Origin: Azolla caroliniana
Taxonomy: Eukaryota > Plantae > Polypodiophyta
NCBI GenBank assembly: GCA_043228905.1
Contig: JBHGNT010000002.1
Span: 7,812,001-7,876,000 of the forward strand
Length of the DNA stretch: 64,000 nucleotides
Direction of reading: 5' to 3'
The translations under genes were made by a program, and so were the position numbers. Below, in pieces: positions 1-12,482 of this stretch; position 1 is the first letter of the stretch, and every line of letters starts with the position of its first letter. The notes below the pieces were generated by a model. That model had not been told where the DNA came from. It searched no databases and was given only the letters and a program-made list of their open reading frames with translations.

Positions 1-208
1 TCGTCTTGTACGAAGAAATTTTGGTCGATCTCGACATCCCGGATCTTCACTGTCACATCTGGACAAGCCGCAGATAGATCTTCCGTTGCTTTAGTGGCCG
101 CCCTGATCTGCCATCCATGATTGGTGTTAATAGGCCACTTCCCATTCCGGTAGAGCTCTTTGGACATCAAATTGATCCCCGATCCGTGATCAATCAATGC
201 TAGCACGG

Positions 209-969
209 TGTCGTTAAGAATTTCGGCTAGAGGTGGAAACCGGGAACATTGGCTACATCGGCAGGGTGCAGCGTGTGTACGCACCCATGTATATTCAGTG
301 TGAATATCGAGGGCGCCTTTATGGCGCCGAAGAGTAGTCAAGTCGGGACAGACGATCCCATGTAAGTCGGGATTTATCCCACATTGTAACGCACCCCTCT
401 CCTTGTTCTATAAAAGGAAGGGAACGCCCTTTGTGAAAGGGTTGCCCATTTTGCATTAGAGGGTACACCGTTAGGTTTAGAGTTAGTTTCTTCTTCTTCT
501 TCTTCTTCTCCTTCGTGTTCGCTTAGGGTTTGCTTCAACTCATCTCCTGCGCAAGACCCCGCTCGGCGCGACAAGCCCGTGAGCTCCCCGATGGCGGCTT
601 GGTAGCTGACGACTACTGTAACCTGCCTTGGAACGGCTCGAAGCCGGGAATGTATTCTTCTGTTTATATATATACATTTGCGTCTGTCTGCATATTCGCG
701 TCTCTGTCGGTGTCGGGTGCTTCCCCTTTTCTGCGTTTCCTGTACATAAGGGCATGAGTCGTGTCGGCATGTGTGTGTATGTGCGTGTGTGTGCGTGAGT
801 CGGTGTTAAGCGCGCTCTCTCTCTCTTTCTCTCTCTCCCTTCGGTCGCTTCCGGTGTTCTTCTAGGGTCCTTGGAAACGGTGAAGCACGACTTCCTACAC
901 TCCGTCACTCCCTGGTCCAAGACCCCCGTGGTCCCGCCTTTCTCCACGCACGCGCGTAACAACGTGACA
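209..969 (+). mobile_element. Solo LTR (family A) inserted in the G1 protease region
   Basis: TG...CA termini and 4-bp TSD ACGG (205-208 / 970-973). Removing it restores KEPVLALIDHG. Similar to LTRs 5241-5819 (reverse) and 53562-55012. Confidence 0.9.
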
Positions 970-2599
970 ACGGGCTCTTTGATGTTGCCAATTCGGACCA
1001 GAGTCTCCGTAGTTGCACGCGCCCAGTGTGGCTTTGTATAGTGGGAATTCGGAAACTCGTCCTCCACTTCCATGTCGTTCATCAGAACAGTATTTGCATT
1101 CACAATCGGCGCATTTTCCTCCGTAGTTTGTCTTTTTCTTTTTACGAGATCCACAAGAAGATCATGGAACTCTTTTTTTGCTATTCCGACTAGTTCCCGA
1201 AGCGAAAAATCTACCCGGTTATCAAGGATTCTCTCCTCGAACACTTTGTTCAAGTCCGTTTGTTGTTCGATGTCCAAGGCAAGCTTGAATGCCGGAATCG
1301 TTTTTCCTTTCCCTCTTCCGTCGGAGTTCCAGCTCTTCGGTGTGCTCGATGGTCCAGCCGCATCCTCCGTGCGTTGCCGTTTGTCGTCCACATATACCTC
1401 ATGTAATTGACATAGGGCGTATACGCTATTCTTATCGACGGGGCACTCCCATCCCGTAGCTTCCCGAATGCCTTCCGCGGTGCTTCATATCTTGTCAGAG
1501 TCGGTTTTCTCGGTGTTTTCTAGCACTTCCAGCCAAAAAGACACCTTTGCTCCCAATGACTCCCCGACACGTATTCCCGCAGTTGTCGCATAATTGCTCT
1601 TCGCCGCTATTTCCTCCTCTATGACCTTCTTCATGCCTCCTTTTTGGAAGTTCCGTTGGAGCGGCTTCCGAGAGTCCATCGAATGAATCCAATTTCCCTC
1701 GTAGTAGATCAGATCTTGTCGTAGCGCTTCCTTGTGCTCGTCACAATCCCTCCGATCATGTTCGTCGACGTTCCATATACTTGGAACTTGTGGGACGGTC
1801 ATCCGACTTCTTCACCATCGCGATTTTTAGATTCTCCATCTCCTTCAGCAACTGCTCCACCGTAGTTGCGTCGATTCCCTTCTCAGTCATAGCTTCCCGA
1901 GCCCGCGGTTGATGGTCTTCCGATCCGGATCTCGGTTTCGGAATTGGTTCCGAAACCGTCTTTTCTTCGTTTGCAAGCCATTTCCCCCTCTTTTTGTATC
2001 GCACTACGATATTCCGCACACTTTCCCATGTTTCGGTGAGGCCAGTCTCGATAGTCGTGTCCTCTAGAAGCACTCCAAGATCCTTCCGGTCCCGGACGTC
2101 TACAGCTCATATGAACATGATAACTTTGTCCGGTGCGAGGATAGCTTGATCTCTCGCAGACAACCTCCCAACCAACTTTCGAATGCCGAAAACACATCGA
2201 GGACCTTCATCCCCTTGTTCGGCGTTTCTACCCAATCCTCTCTGCGTTGCCTTGGAGGAGTCCTTGATAGCGAACGTGGTCTTTAGCGCCTCTTTAAATG
2301 CTTCCCACGTCAGATTTTGTTGTCGTAGCACGTGGATACTTGCTTGAAGCCCGTCGGTAGCTACCCGGTTGAAGGATGTCACTTGCAGTCCTTCCGAAAT
2401 CCCGCATTGTATCATTTCCGCCTTGTAGTCCCGAAGATACCGCGATATGTCCTTCCTGTTGAATTGCTCGATCCGTTGCACGAGCCGCTCTACTGCCACT
2501 GCTATCTCCGACATCTCACGTTGTTCTTGAAGCATCCGCTCGAACATCATCATCATGTTGTTAGCCTCCGGTTCATTTTCCATCTCCTTGCCACCCGTG

Positions 2600-2617
2600 T
2601 TCACGTCAGGTTCACCA
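2600..2617 (-). promoter_or_regulatory. Primer-binding site complementary to tRNA-Trp 3' end
   Basis: Minus strand TGGTGAACCTGACGTGAA, against plant tRNA-Trp 3' end ...UUCACGUCGGGUUCACCA (1 mismatch); 4 nt from the LTR. Confidence 0.85.
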
Positions 2618-2621
2618 ATTG

Positions 2622-3307
2622 TGTTGTGCCTTTTGGCTCTGGATCGTTGCGCGAGTCAAGTGGGAACTGCTGGGGTTTTGGACTAGGAGGAAAGAAAATT
2701 CTAAGGTAATTAAGAATATGAAATATATTGTAAGAAAGAAAGATATGAAAAACTCGTGAATTCCATGATTATATTATATTATATTAATCAACCCTTGTAA
2801 AATAATCAACAACCTCTATACATCTTTCTCTCTTCCTTATATAGTGTTGGAAGAGTCTAAGTTTATTACATGCAAGCATCATGCTTTTTCTTATCTTTAG
2901 TTTTCATGCACACTGCATGTGCATGATTAGCTTTCTATCTCATCTTTTCTTTTTAACTCGAATGTCTATGCATGAATAACTTTTTGTACCATGCATGTCT
3001 AGAATATTTACATGGGATAAAGTTTAGTATAACTTTAAAATTCATAATACGCTAGTATAATGCTAACGCTTAACATTATTAACATGGAGGTGCAAGGTTC
3101 GAATCTTGCCCTATGCATGTAATATATAATTTTATACTTTCTTCTATTTACAAATATGTCTCTTCATCTGGTGAGAAACTCTCACCGGCCTTCTTCATCC
3201 GGCTCTTGCCAGTTCTGCTTCATCCGGTTCTTACTGGGTACTCCATATCCTATCCGGAGAAACCAAAAATGTAATTTTTCACGTAGTGTGCGAATTACAC
3301 TACGAAA
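2622..3307 (-). repeat. 5' LTR of G1 (family B)
   Basis: Adjacent to the PBS. Reverse-complement match along its length to solo LTR 54105-54996. Outer TG is mutated to TT. Confidence 0.88.
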
Positions 3308-5819
3308 ATGCGATCATTCTTCGGTCCTTCGGTGACCCCATTAGACACTCCTTGTTTCTCCCTTGCTCGTTGTGCTCTCTCCCAGTAGAGTGTACCGTCA
3401 TCCTGACCTTCGTGTCGGGGTCCTTCGCGGCTCTTGTTACCGATTCATCCTAACTCGCGCCCTCTTCACCCGCTTGGCCTCACATGTCCTCCAGGACGCC
3501 GCATTTTCTCTTCTCGATGCGTAGCCCTTTGCTCTCCGTGCACCATCCTCCGCTCTCACCGTTCATCCGCCGATCTCGGGAACTCACCGTTCTGTCTTCC
3601 GTCTTATGCTTGCCTCTCAAAGGCTCGACCGGACTGCTATCACTGATCACTTGTTTCTGCTCTTCAGGGTGCATGCTTGTTTCTTGGCCCTTCACTGGCC
3701 GTAGTGCATGCTCCATTTCACGCCCTTCACTCGTCGTAGTCCCGACCTCCACATCGGCCTCTTCTTCCTTCATTGTAGTAGTCCTTTCCGGCTCCGTTTG
3801 GCCCTCTTCGCCCCGCTTGTTCGTCTTTCCGCATCGGATACCCATTTCGGTAACCTCGTCCACTCCGGCCTCCAACTTCTCACCACCACCCGCCGTCTCT
3901 CCGGTCTTTCGTTGATCCGCAACCGCCGAAGTCTCTAGAATAGGTATGGAGGGTTCCTCTTGTTTCCGGTCTTCCACCGAACCGTAGTCGTCGCGCCCAT
4001 TTGGCCTCTTTCTCGTGCTCACCGGCTCCCACCTCATGTCATGGCTCGTGTACCTTGACCTCCAATCATGCCATAATAACCCTTGCTCGGAGCGGTCTCG
4101 GCTCTCTTCCATGATTGTAACCGGCCGGTATGGGTTCGACCGAACAATCCCAGCCTTGCCGGCTCTTCTTTGGTTCGGGCCCGGTTGACCGGCCCCCGCT
4201 CCAATTTTGTTCCGTGTCGTCTTTCGGTCGTGTCGGATTACCGACCGGTTCTTCTTCCAGTCGGGTCGGTTCCCGACTCTCTCCTCTTTGCCACTTGCGG
4301 CCTCCCTTTTGGTCCTTCCACACTTGCCAGCTCCGGGCCTCGCATCCTCACGGCCACTGCCCATCTCTCTGGTCTTATGTTGGTATGGAACGGTGAAGTC
4401 TCCGGCCCCGGTGTCGAGGGATCTCTCCTCCGTCCGCTACAATCGTCCTCGTTCTCGTTTTGGTCACCCGCCTAGCCGCTGCCACCGTTCATCACTCTAG
4501 GTCTCACGCCGACTCTCGGACCGACCACTAGAGTCTCTAGAACCGGTGTGGGTAAGGTTCCGGCACCACCGCTCGTCATGTCCGTAGCCACCTCCTTCCC
4601 CTTGTCGTCATCTTGGTCACCCGCCTTGCCGCCACCACCGTCCGTCACTCTAGGTATCACGCCGACATTCAGAACAGCCATCAGAGTTTCTAGAACCGGT
4701 GTGGGTAAGGTCCCGGCACCACCGCTCATCGTGTCCGTAGCCACCTCCGTCCCGATGTCGTTGTCCGTGGCTACCCCGTCCCCAATTATGCAAGCCTTGA
4801 TTACGCTTGCCTCCTCCTTTTCCTCGTTCTCCTCGTCGTCATCTTGCTTGCCTGCCTTGCCACCGCCGCCGTTCGTCACTCTAGGTCTCCCGCCGGAGTC
4901 TCTAAAACCGATGTGGATAAGGTCTTGGCACCGCCGCTCGTCACGTCCATAGCCGCCTCCGTCCGGACGTTGTTGTCCATGGCTACCTCGCCTCATTGCT
5001 TCCTCCACGCCCCTCTTCGTCATCTCAATATTGTAGGCTCTCAAAATTTTTGGAACCTCATCCCCGTTGAACCGGCCGACTCGATCGACCACCCTCTCAA
5101 CGGCTTGTTGAGCCACATCTCACCTTGCCTTCTTCCGGCCGGCCTCCATCACAATTTTTGCCATCATCTCCACAAACTCGAAGCCCTCATCTTCCATCTC
5201 CATCATCCCTAGCCGCCTTCCAAGTCGGGTTCACCAAAGATGTCGCGATATTCTGAGAGTACGTGTAAGATCTTAGGCGGTACCGCAAGGGTCTTGGACT
5301 AGGGACTAGAGGGGGAATGGAAGCTTAGCCCGAGAGGAGAGGAGAAAGAATAGGACATAAATATAGAATGGATGGAGGCAAGATACACAAATGAGTTATA
5401 TTAAGAAACACCAAAGGCTTTACAACCATGGCCACATAGGCCAAACGAAAACACTATATGGAACCCTAACCGGATAAGTAAAGTAAAGACGATGATGAAG
5501 AAGAAACCCTTAGCGAAACCCTAAAACCGAAATGGTATGAAGAAGAAGAAGAATAGTAAAACTTGGACGAAACCCTAAAACCAAATTAGAAACCCTCGAC
5601 CTAGGTGGTATACCTCTCTCGCTCAAAATAGGCAACCCCTTCACAAGAGACCCCTCCCTTCCTTTTATAGCCCAAGGAGGGAGGGGTGTTACAATGTGAG
5701 ATAAATTCTCCCCCTTCTTCTATACACCATTTTTCCTACTATACATGTGCACACGTTGCACATTGCCGACTTGCCCATTCTATCCCGGTTTCACACCAAA
5801 GCCGAAAATCTTCACAACA
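3308..5819 (-). mobile_element. Gypsy-type element G2 (tRNA-Trp primed), probably non-autonomous; host of G1
   Basis: 5' LTR 5241-5819 (TG..CA, family A) and PBS TGGTGAACCCGAC at 5224-5236. Short gag N-terminus (AVERVVDRVGRFNGDEVPKILRAY) followed by GC-rich repeats; no pol motifs in 3308-4950. Confidence 0.75.
4470..4960. repeat. Degenerate GC-rich tandem repeat, about 3 units of 150-240 bp, inside G2
   Basis: Recurring CCGCC..GCCACCG..CGTCACTCTAGGT..C.CGCCG..TCTA.AACCG.TGTGG.TAAGGT...GGCACC.CCGCTC at about 4470, 4620 and 4855. Confidence 0.8.
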
Positions 5820-6190
5820 CCAGTTTTGTAGATGTATGCGTTTGACCTTTCAAGATCAGTAAAAGGCGTCGTCAATTGGGAGTAATTACAAAGAGATTTT
5901 CACAAAAACCCGACAAAACCAATGAATGATCAAACTTCTCAAATATTTTGAAGAGTAGGCCAAAGCTTGACATTTTCGATGCGAGAACGATAAATTTCAA
6001 CTCGTCATTCAATTATGGGATGTCCAAGATAAGTAATTGATTTCTTGAAGAATTCACATTTTGAGATCTTCGCGTAGAATTGCTTGTCGCACAATGTTTG
6101 TAAAACAAAGCAGACGTATTTAGCATGTTTTTCTAATGTAAGCATATAATAAGGAAATAAAAGATAATTAAGAAAGATGAGAGAGAAACA
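5820..6190 (-). pseudogene. pol: Degenerate Ty3/gypsy reverse-transcriptase fragment
   Basis: ORF 6005-6262 contains FYAKISKCEFFKKSITYLGH (late RT motif); followed by a decayed thumb region. Confidence 0.7.
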
Positions 6191-6270
6191 AGTGTGTCGA
6201 TCCACCCGACCACCCCCTAGCGAAGGGATCGAGATGGATTCAAGCCTTGATCTGTGTCCCATACCACCAT

Positions 6271-8040
6271 TGCCAAGGGCCTAGCTTGACAAAAGAAAAT
6301 TGAACAAGAGAGAACAATGACTATATTTTATTATAATCGAAAAATATAAAAGAGCAAGAACTATAGTATTTGCCAAAGACTAGCGTTTAACCAGAATGGT
6401 TCTAACAATACAATATATCCTATTTATCTAGGAGAAGTATGTACCCCTTGGATGTTTATAGGGTCATGACACCCTTTGGGATGTTGTAGGGTCATGGGAC
6501 CCTTTGGTTATTTATAGGATTACATTATCAATATTCCAATAAAGTACATATTTTTATGTGCAACATGTATAACCTAATGGGTAAAGCTAAGTGTTTTTGC
6601 TTAGCAGATTACAGGTTCAAGTCACCCTAAACCTCACGGGGTTTTATCTACTCATGACACCATCTCCCTCCACTGATGACGACTTCCACAAGTCATAATG
6701 CATGAACTGGGACTCGGCTTATCTGGATATTGGTGATGAAATTTGGCTACCAAGTCAGAGGCATTGTCAAGGCTCTCAACCGGTTCCCAAGTACAATCAT
6801 TAGGTGTATAACCTAACCAATCCACGAGATAATAAAGCTTCTTACGTACTATCTTGGAGTCCAACACAACTTTGAATTCAAATGTTGGGCCATCAACAAG
6901 TGGAACTAGAGGTTGGGGTAGAATGCAACTACCAATGTAAGGTTCCAACAATGAGACATGCAATACTGCGTGTAAATGCATGTGTGGAGGCAGATCAAGA
7001 CGGAATGCAACATCACTAATTTGATTCGAGATGTTAAATGGACCAATTCGTTGATAATCCAACTTATCACAAGGTTTAGTTATCTCCACATTACGTCATA
7101 ATAGCCATAAACGATCCCCAATTTGAAATTTCAGTTCCTCTAGTGAGGAGTCAAGGTGATGATGATCTGTAGCCTTCTTGTGTTTGGCTTGAGCCATATG
7201 AAAATGGTGAGAAAGTGCCACATGAACTTCTTGGAGTTGGCGTAGATGATCCTCAATGGTAGGATTTTTTGAGATTTTTGGATATTCAATCATTATCCAA
7301 CGGGGATGATATCCTATGTTTGAAAAAAATGGAGTACATCCTATTGAGGAATGAACCAGATTATTGTATGCAAACTCTACAAAGTGTAAATAATCCACCC
7401 AACCACCCTGTTGATAATTGATGAAACACCGAAGATATTGTTCTAGTGTCTGATCTGTGTGCTTGGTTTTACTATCACTTTGTGGATGATAGCTTCAAGA
7501 AAGTTTACAAGAGATTTTGAGCATCTCAAGCAAGTGTTTCCAGAATTTTGTGACGAACTGTGGGACACGATCATTAATGATGTCATTAATAGGAACTAGC
7601 AATGGTTGTAATAACCCATATGGTCGATGTCACAAAATCTTTGACCGACAACACATGTCACAAGTATGAGCATAATCCTCAACAAACTCACGAAGATGAG
7701 GCCACCAATCATTTCGAGAAACTAGCTCCAAAGTTGTATGGATTCCAAAGTACTAATCCATTGGGCTGTCATGACAATATTGCATTACGTGGAGTCAAGA
7801 TGAACTATTGGGGACATACAAAATAGTGTTATGAAAAAGTAAACCATTTTGCCAACGAAATTGGTTATAATCTTTATGAGGATACTTGGATTTTGAAGAA
7901 GAAGCACAATCTGAAATGATATGATTCAATACAACTTAAGAAAATTCATCAAAAATGATACATGTTCGGATTGAATGAAGGAGCCTTGAATCTTCTAGTG
8001 CTTTGAGGCATTAATAGTCAATAGTAGTAACTGATCAGGC
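6271..8040 (-). mobile_element. Chromovirus (Tcn1-like) remnant: integrase + chromodomain + 3' LTR (6271-6659)
   Basis: ORFs 7096-7398 and 6652-7089 (GPF motif, chromodomain YYLVDWLGYTPNDCTWEP). PPT GGAGGGAGATGG at 6660-6671. Same family as 44706-46539. Confidence 0.88.
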
Positions 8041-9490
8041 CCCAAGATAACTTGGTTTTGATGATTAAATGTGGGCTCCCCTAGTTGTGGCACCAAATAA
8101 GATCATCGTGATAGAGCGTCTACCTTTCCTTGTTGTACTCCAGGGCAATATTTGATGTGGGCATTTTGTAAAGGATCCCAAAATCCATGGTTCCACTCAC
8201 ATACCTTTGCACTTGCTTATCACAATCAAGATGGATGTCTTGCAGAGTTTGCATGAACTGGCTAAGAAGGCCGACCGGGTAACTCAGGTCGGGTCGGGTA
8301 ATTGTGAGGTAGATGAGGCTCCCGGCTAGTTGACGATAGTGCGTCGGCTCGTAGTCTCTAGTGCTTGAGTTGGCATCTAGCTTTAGAGCTCGATCAAGAG
8401 GAGTAGTGATGGGCTTACACTATGTCATCCCAAATTTGTAAGGAAGATTGAGGATATAGTGCTTCTAAGAAAGCATGATGTTGTCTCGAGTTCGAATTAC
8501 TTCTATTCCTAGAAAGTAATGAAGTTCCTTCATATCGGTCATTTCGAATCGGCTGGAGAGGAGCTTTTTGATGTGCTCTATATCTGCTAAAGGCTCTCCT
8601 CCTATGACCAATTCATCGACATAAATGATGATAAATACCTTTCCTCTGAAGTTGCTCCAGATGAACAAAGAGTTGTCGGACTTGGACATGTTGAAGCCGA
8701 TTTGATGAAGATACTGCGTTATCTTTGAACACCATACTCTTGGTGCCTCCTTGAGGCCATACAGAGGCTTTTTGAGTCGGCAGACCTCAGTTGGATGCGC
8801 AGTCGACACGAATCCGAGTGGTTGCACAATGTACACCTTTTCGTCTAACTCTACTTGTAGAAAGACATTCTTTACGTCCATTTGGTGGAGGTGCCACCCT
8901 TTTGCTGTTGCAAGCGCGATCATGGTTCGAATTGTAGTCATCTTTGCCACCGGGCCAAAGGTCTCTTCGTAGTCAACATCGTATGTTTGTGTTGGGCCAG
9001 GTTTTGTTCGGTCAACAATTACTACTTTGTTGACACAGTATAAGACGAACGTTCTATCAAGAAGTTGTGGTTAGACGAATAGATACGAATTAGTTGTAAA
9101 CTTAGCGGTAATAACAGACACCGAGATCGTGACTTATGTAATATAGCTTAGACAGAAGGAAATAGATAGCAAGAGCGATTCGTACACAGAGATTTCCTAA
9201 CTCAACTTTATATTACTAAATACAACGATAGATTTTTACAATGCCTTTGGTTCCTTTTATAGGTAACCTGAAGGTCTTTTCTCATCAAGAAATCCTACTG
9301 CCTATAATGATCAAGAATTACAAAACTTCGTAACTAACTATATCCTATTCGGCTATCTACTGAGTCATCGATCCGAACTATCGATCTGACTCCGAACTTC
9401 CTTCCAACTCCGACACATCCATACTTGTCCGAGTAATACTTGACACGCCCGTGGGCCAGGACGTTGTCCAACGAACCCACGGTAACCCCT

Positions 9491-12114
9491 TCACTCCTGT
9501 TGCTCTGAGGGATGATCTTCCTCCAAATCATCGTCTGTGTCATCCTGCAGAATGTCGAACAATGAGGGTTCCTCTTCTTGTGGTGCTTGACTGACATCGT
9601 CTTCATGTTCATCTTCGGTGTCCTCCTCGTCATCGTTTTCCTGGTGTGCTTCTCTAGGCGATGGTCTTGGATCTGCCGAATCCGGTGCTCCGAGTCCAGG
9701 TGTTTTGCTTACTCTTTCGGCTTCGATATTGTCTAACTCGACGGACGTATCGACATCATGCTTGTCGAATTCTTGCATGATTCGGTTAACTTCTTCTCTA
9801 AAATAAGCCGCCATGTCATATAGGTCTCTAGCAATATCTTCTTGAACCGTAGTCATTGCATCCTCCGACATCTTGAGGAAGCCTTTGCCTTGAACTTTTC
9901 TATTTTCTTTGTCGGCTCGTAATAGCTGAAGCTCTGCAGCTTGCACCGACCATGTTTGCCAACCCTTCTCCAGCGATTCATTGACTAATTTTAGGGTGTT
10001 AAGCCGGTGCCATCTTATGATTGCTTGAACCCTATCTTGAGTCATACTTGCCTCAAATTGTGTTGTTGCCAATGTTCTCGTAAATCAGTGATTATCGCAT
10101 TGGTATCGCCTTCGGCCTGCATCAGTTTGGCTTGTGCCACTAAGAGGTCAAGTCGCCTTTTCTTGGATACCGTTTGAACTTCTACACATCGCTTTTCCAG
10201 CTTCTCTTTCTCCGCATTCCAATCGTTCTGTTGCTGAATAATTTTTCCGTGGATTTCTTCTATCAGTTTGTCTCTTCTAGCCAACTGTGTTGTAAAACAA
10301 GTCTCTTGGATGCTCACATACTCTTCCAGTTCTTCGACTTGTTCCACATTTTGCCTTGTAACCTCTTGCTATTGGACTAACTGTCGGTGTAAATATTGTA
10401 TCAAATTATCTTTTTCCTCTAAGCATTTGTCAGCCTCTATTTTTGCTGACTGTAATTGATCCTCCATTTCTCTGGATCTGTCTTCGGCCTTTTCTGCCCT
10501 AATTTCCTCTTCTCTTCGTGCTTTTTCGGCTTGTTCCAACTTTTGTTGTAGTTTTGAATCCAACTCCAAAGGTTGGCTTTGTAACTCTAGTTGTAATATC
10601 TGCTCTCTCGCTTTCTCTAGAACTACTTGTGCTTCCCGTAGTTTATCCTTCAACTGTTGATTTTCTTCCTACTTCCATGTATACTGTGCATTAAACACAT
10701 CTGTTGTTGTTGTTGCCCTTTTGTATAATTCAGCCATATCCTTGGCTACTCTGCTAGCCTTTTCATATTCCTTATGGACTTCGACCAGTGCCTCATGTAG
10801 TGGTGGCATCTGGATGGCTTCACCTTTATTTTTAGCATTTCGTTGTCAACCAATTCTATCCACTTCTACTTGTTCATTGGGTTCGATAGCTCCACATAAT
10901 GACTTTTGGATCATTATTTGATCCCGGTGCTCTTGCGTCATTCTTTCCGACACTTCTTGGAGTCTTTTAGCTAACCATTCTACCAATTCCTATGACGTTT
11001 TGAACTGCAGAATGGCACCTAGCTCATGTGTTGCTGCTGGGATGTCGGAAAAACCAAGTGCCTCTTGCACCGTTGCCATTGATACCTGCCCTTTTTGAAT
11101 TCGTGATGTGTCATCAGGATTGACACGAGGTACTTGTGTGCTTTGGGAGGCATGATCATCGGTTCTCTGTTTCTTCTACACAAGTTCTTCTTGCTCTGGT
11201 CTAGAGTATCTTTGGGACCGTTATTTAACTCTGCACTGCTTTGGCAGTTGCTACTCTGTGTCGACTTGTGTCGATTCTTGCTGTTGTGTTTGTTGCTCGC
11301 CTATCGTCTCTTGTTGTTGTGTCCTCGGTGGTTGAAACTCCGGCTGTTCAGTAGCCAGTTGCTGGTCAAGTTCGGGTTGTGGTGTCGATTGTTGAGACTG
11401 CGTCGACTGTTGTTGTTCCGATTCTTGTTGTTGCCTTGGTTCCGATTGGTCAAATTTGGTCTGAGTGGTATCGTCTTGCGCCGATTCTTCTTCCCTCCAC
11501 TCTTCCCGTTGGACTTGTCGTCGGGTTCGGGATGACTGTACCTGAGGCAGCCTACGCACCTCTGATCGGTTTTCCGCCTCTGGAGCTGGAAATAATACCG
11601 ATAACCAACGAGCAAAAATCTTCTTCATTGGTTTTCCCTTTTGAACTCCATACAGTTGCTCTCTTAGAGCTTCTGCTCATAGTATCCCCCAATCGAAAGC
11701 TTCGCCTTCATAAGTGGGGATGATAAATCTAGCCCTTTTTTCGGGCATACAGTAGAATCTCGGACTAACAAACCCTACTTCCAATAAAAACTTTGCAACT
11801 TCCTGAAAAAAGACATTCCTACCTCCTTTTGTCTGATACGCTTTGGCAGAGGGAGAATACTCACCAAAATAGGACCGCAATCCTTCTTCTGTGACCTTCT
11901 TGACAGCATCGAACCCGCCTCTTGGCATCTCCAACGCCGCTCTTACCTTCTTATTAGTGATCTTAGAGACATCGATTTCTTCCATTAGAGCTTCAGTGTG
12001 CGGGTGTGGCTTTGCTTCTGCGACTTTCAAGAATCCTTCTAAATTATTACGAACGAGCCAACGATGCAAGTCATTAGATACAGTAATTGGCATATTGTCG
12101 TTGTCGATTGACAT
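9491..12114 (-). pseudogene. Extra ORF of G3 (sense, downstream of pol): globular N-terminus, Q/E-rich linker, long coiled coil, acidic tail
   Basis: Consecutive ORF pieces 11677-12114, 11251-11628, 10369-10653, 10042-10347 and 9491-10072, broken by frameshifts and stops; ends in the PPT. Confidence 0.8.
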
Positions 12115-12482
12115 ATCGTCGCTCTGTGGTGGCGGTGGAAAACGTTGTTGGCTATGGCGGAGAAGATCAGAAAACCTATGAGCACGAATACATTTATGCT
12201 TCTATGGTGAAACAGACGTTACAAAAATAGGTTTGAAGGAAATAATTCTTTGCATGATGCCTAGGGAATAAAAGTACTATTAATGTAAGTAATGACTAGG
12301 TGTACTAGTGGAGTAATAGCTAGAAACAACAATAATGACTAATAGAAGCATGCCTCCACTACTGCTTACTTATAGCCTTCTTAAATCATTCCAAGATTCC
12401 CCTTTTTGACAATTAGTTATGATTTGGCAAGAAAATTTTCTATAGTTAGTTTTTTTGTTGTTGTTGTTGTGACGTTGCCACG

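Larger units (their letters stand above)
1..3307 (-). mobile_element. Ty3/gypsy LTR retrotransposon G1 (tRNA-Trp primed, Phygy-like), 5' part; runs off the left window edge
   Basis: 5' LTR 2622-3307 and PBS 2600-2617. Frameshifted gag pieces (ORFs 2107-2604, 1756-2073, 1485-1802, 540-1391) and protease (ALIDHGSGINLM, around 160-205) are homologous to G4. Confidence 0.9.

Noticed and set aside
3060-3120. tRNA gene
   Set aside because: Only a T-arm-like hairpin is present, with no acceptor, D or anticodon stems. The tRNA-like 18-mers at 2600, 5224, 42162 and 60071 are PBSs, not genes.
9491-12114. env gene (errantivirus-like)
   Set aside because: No signal peptide or transmembrane segment in any fragment; composition is coiled-coil and acidic.
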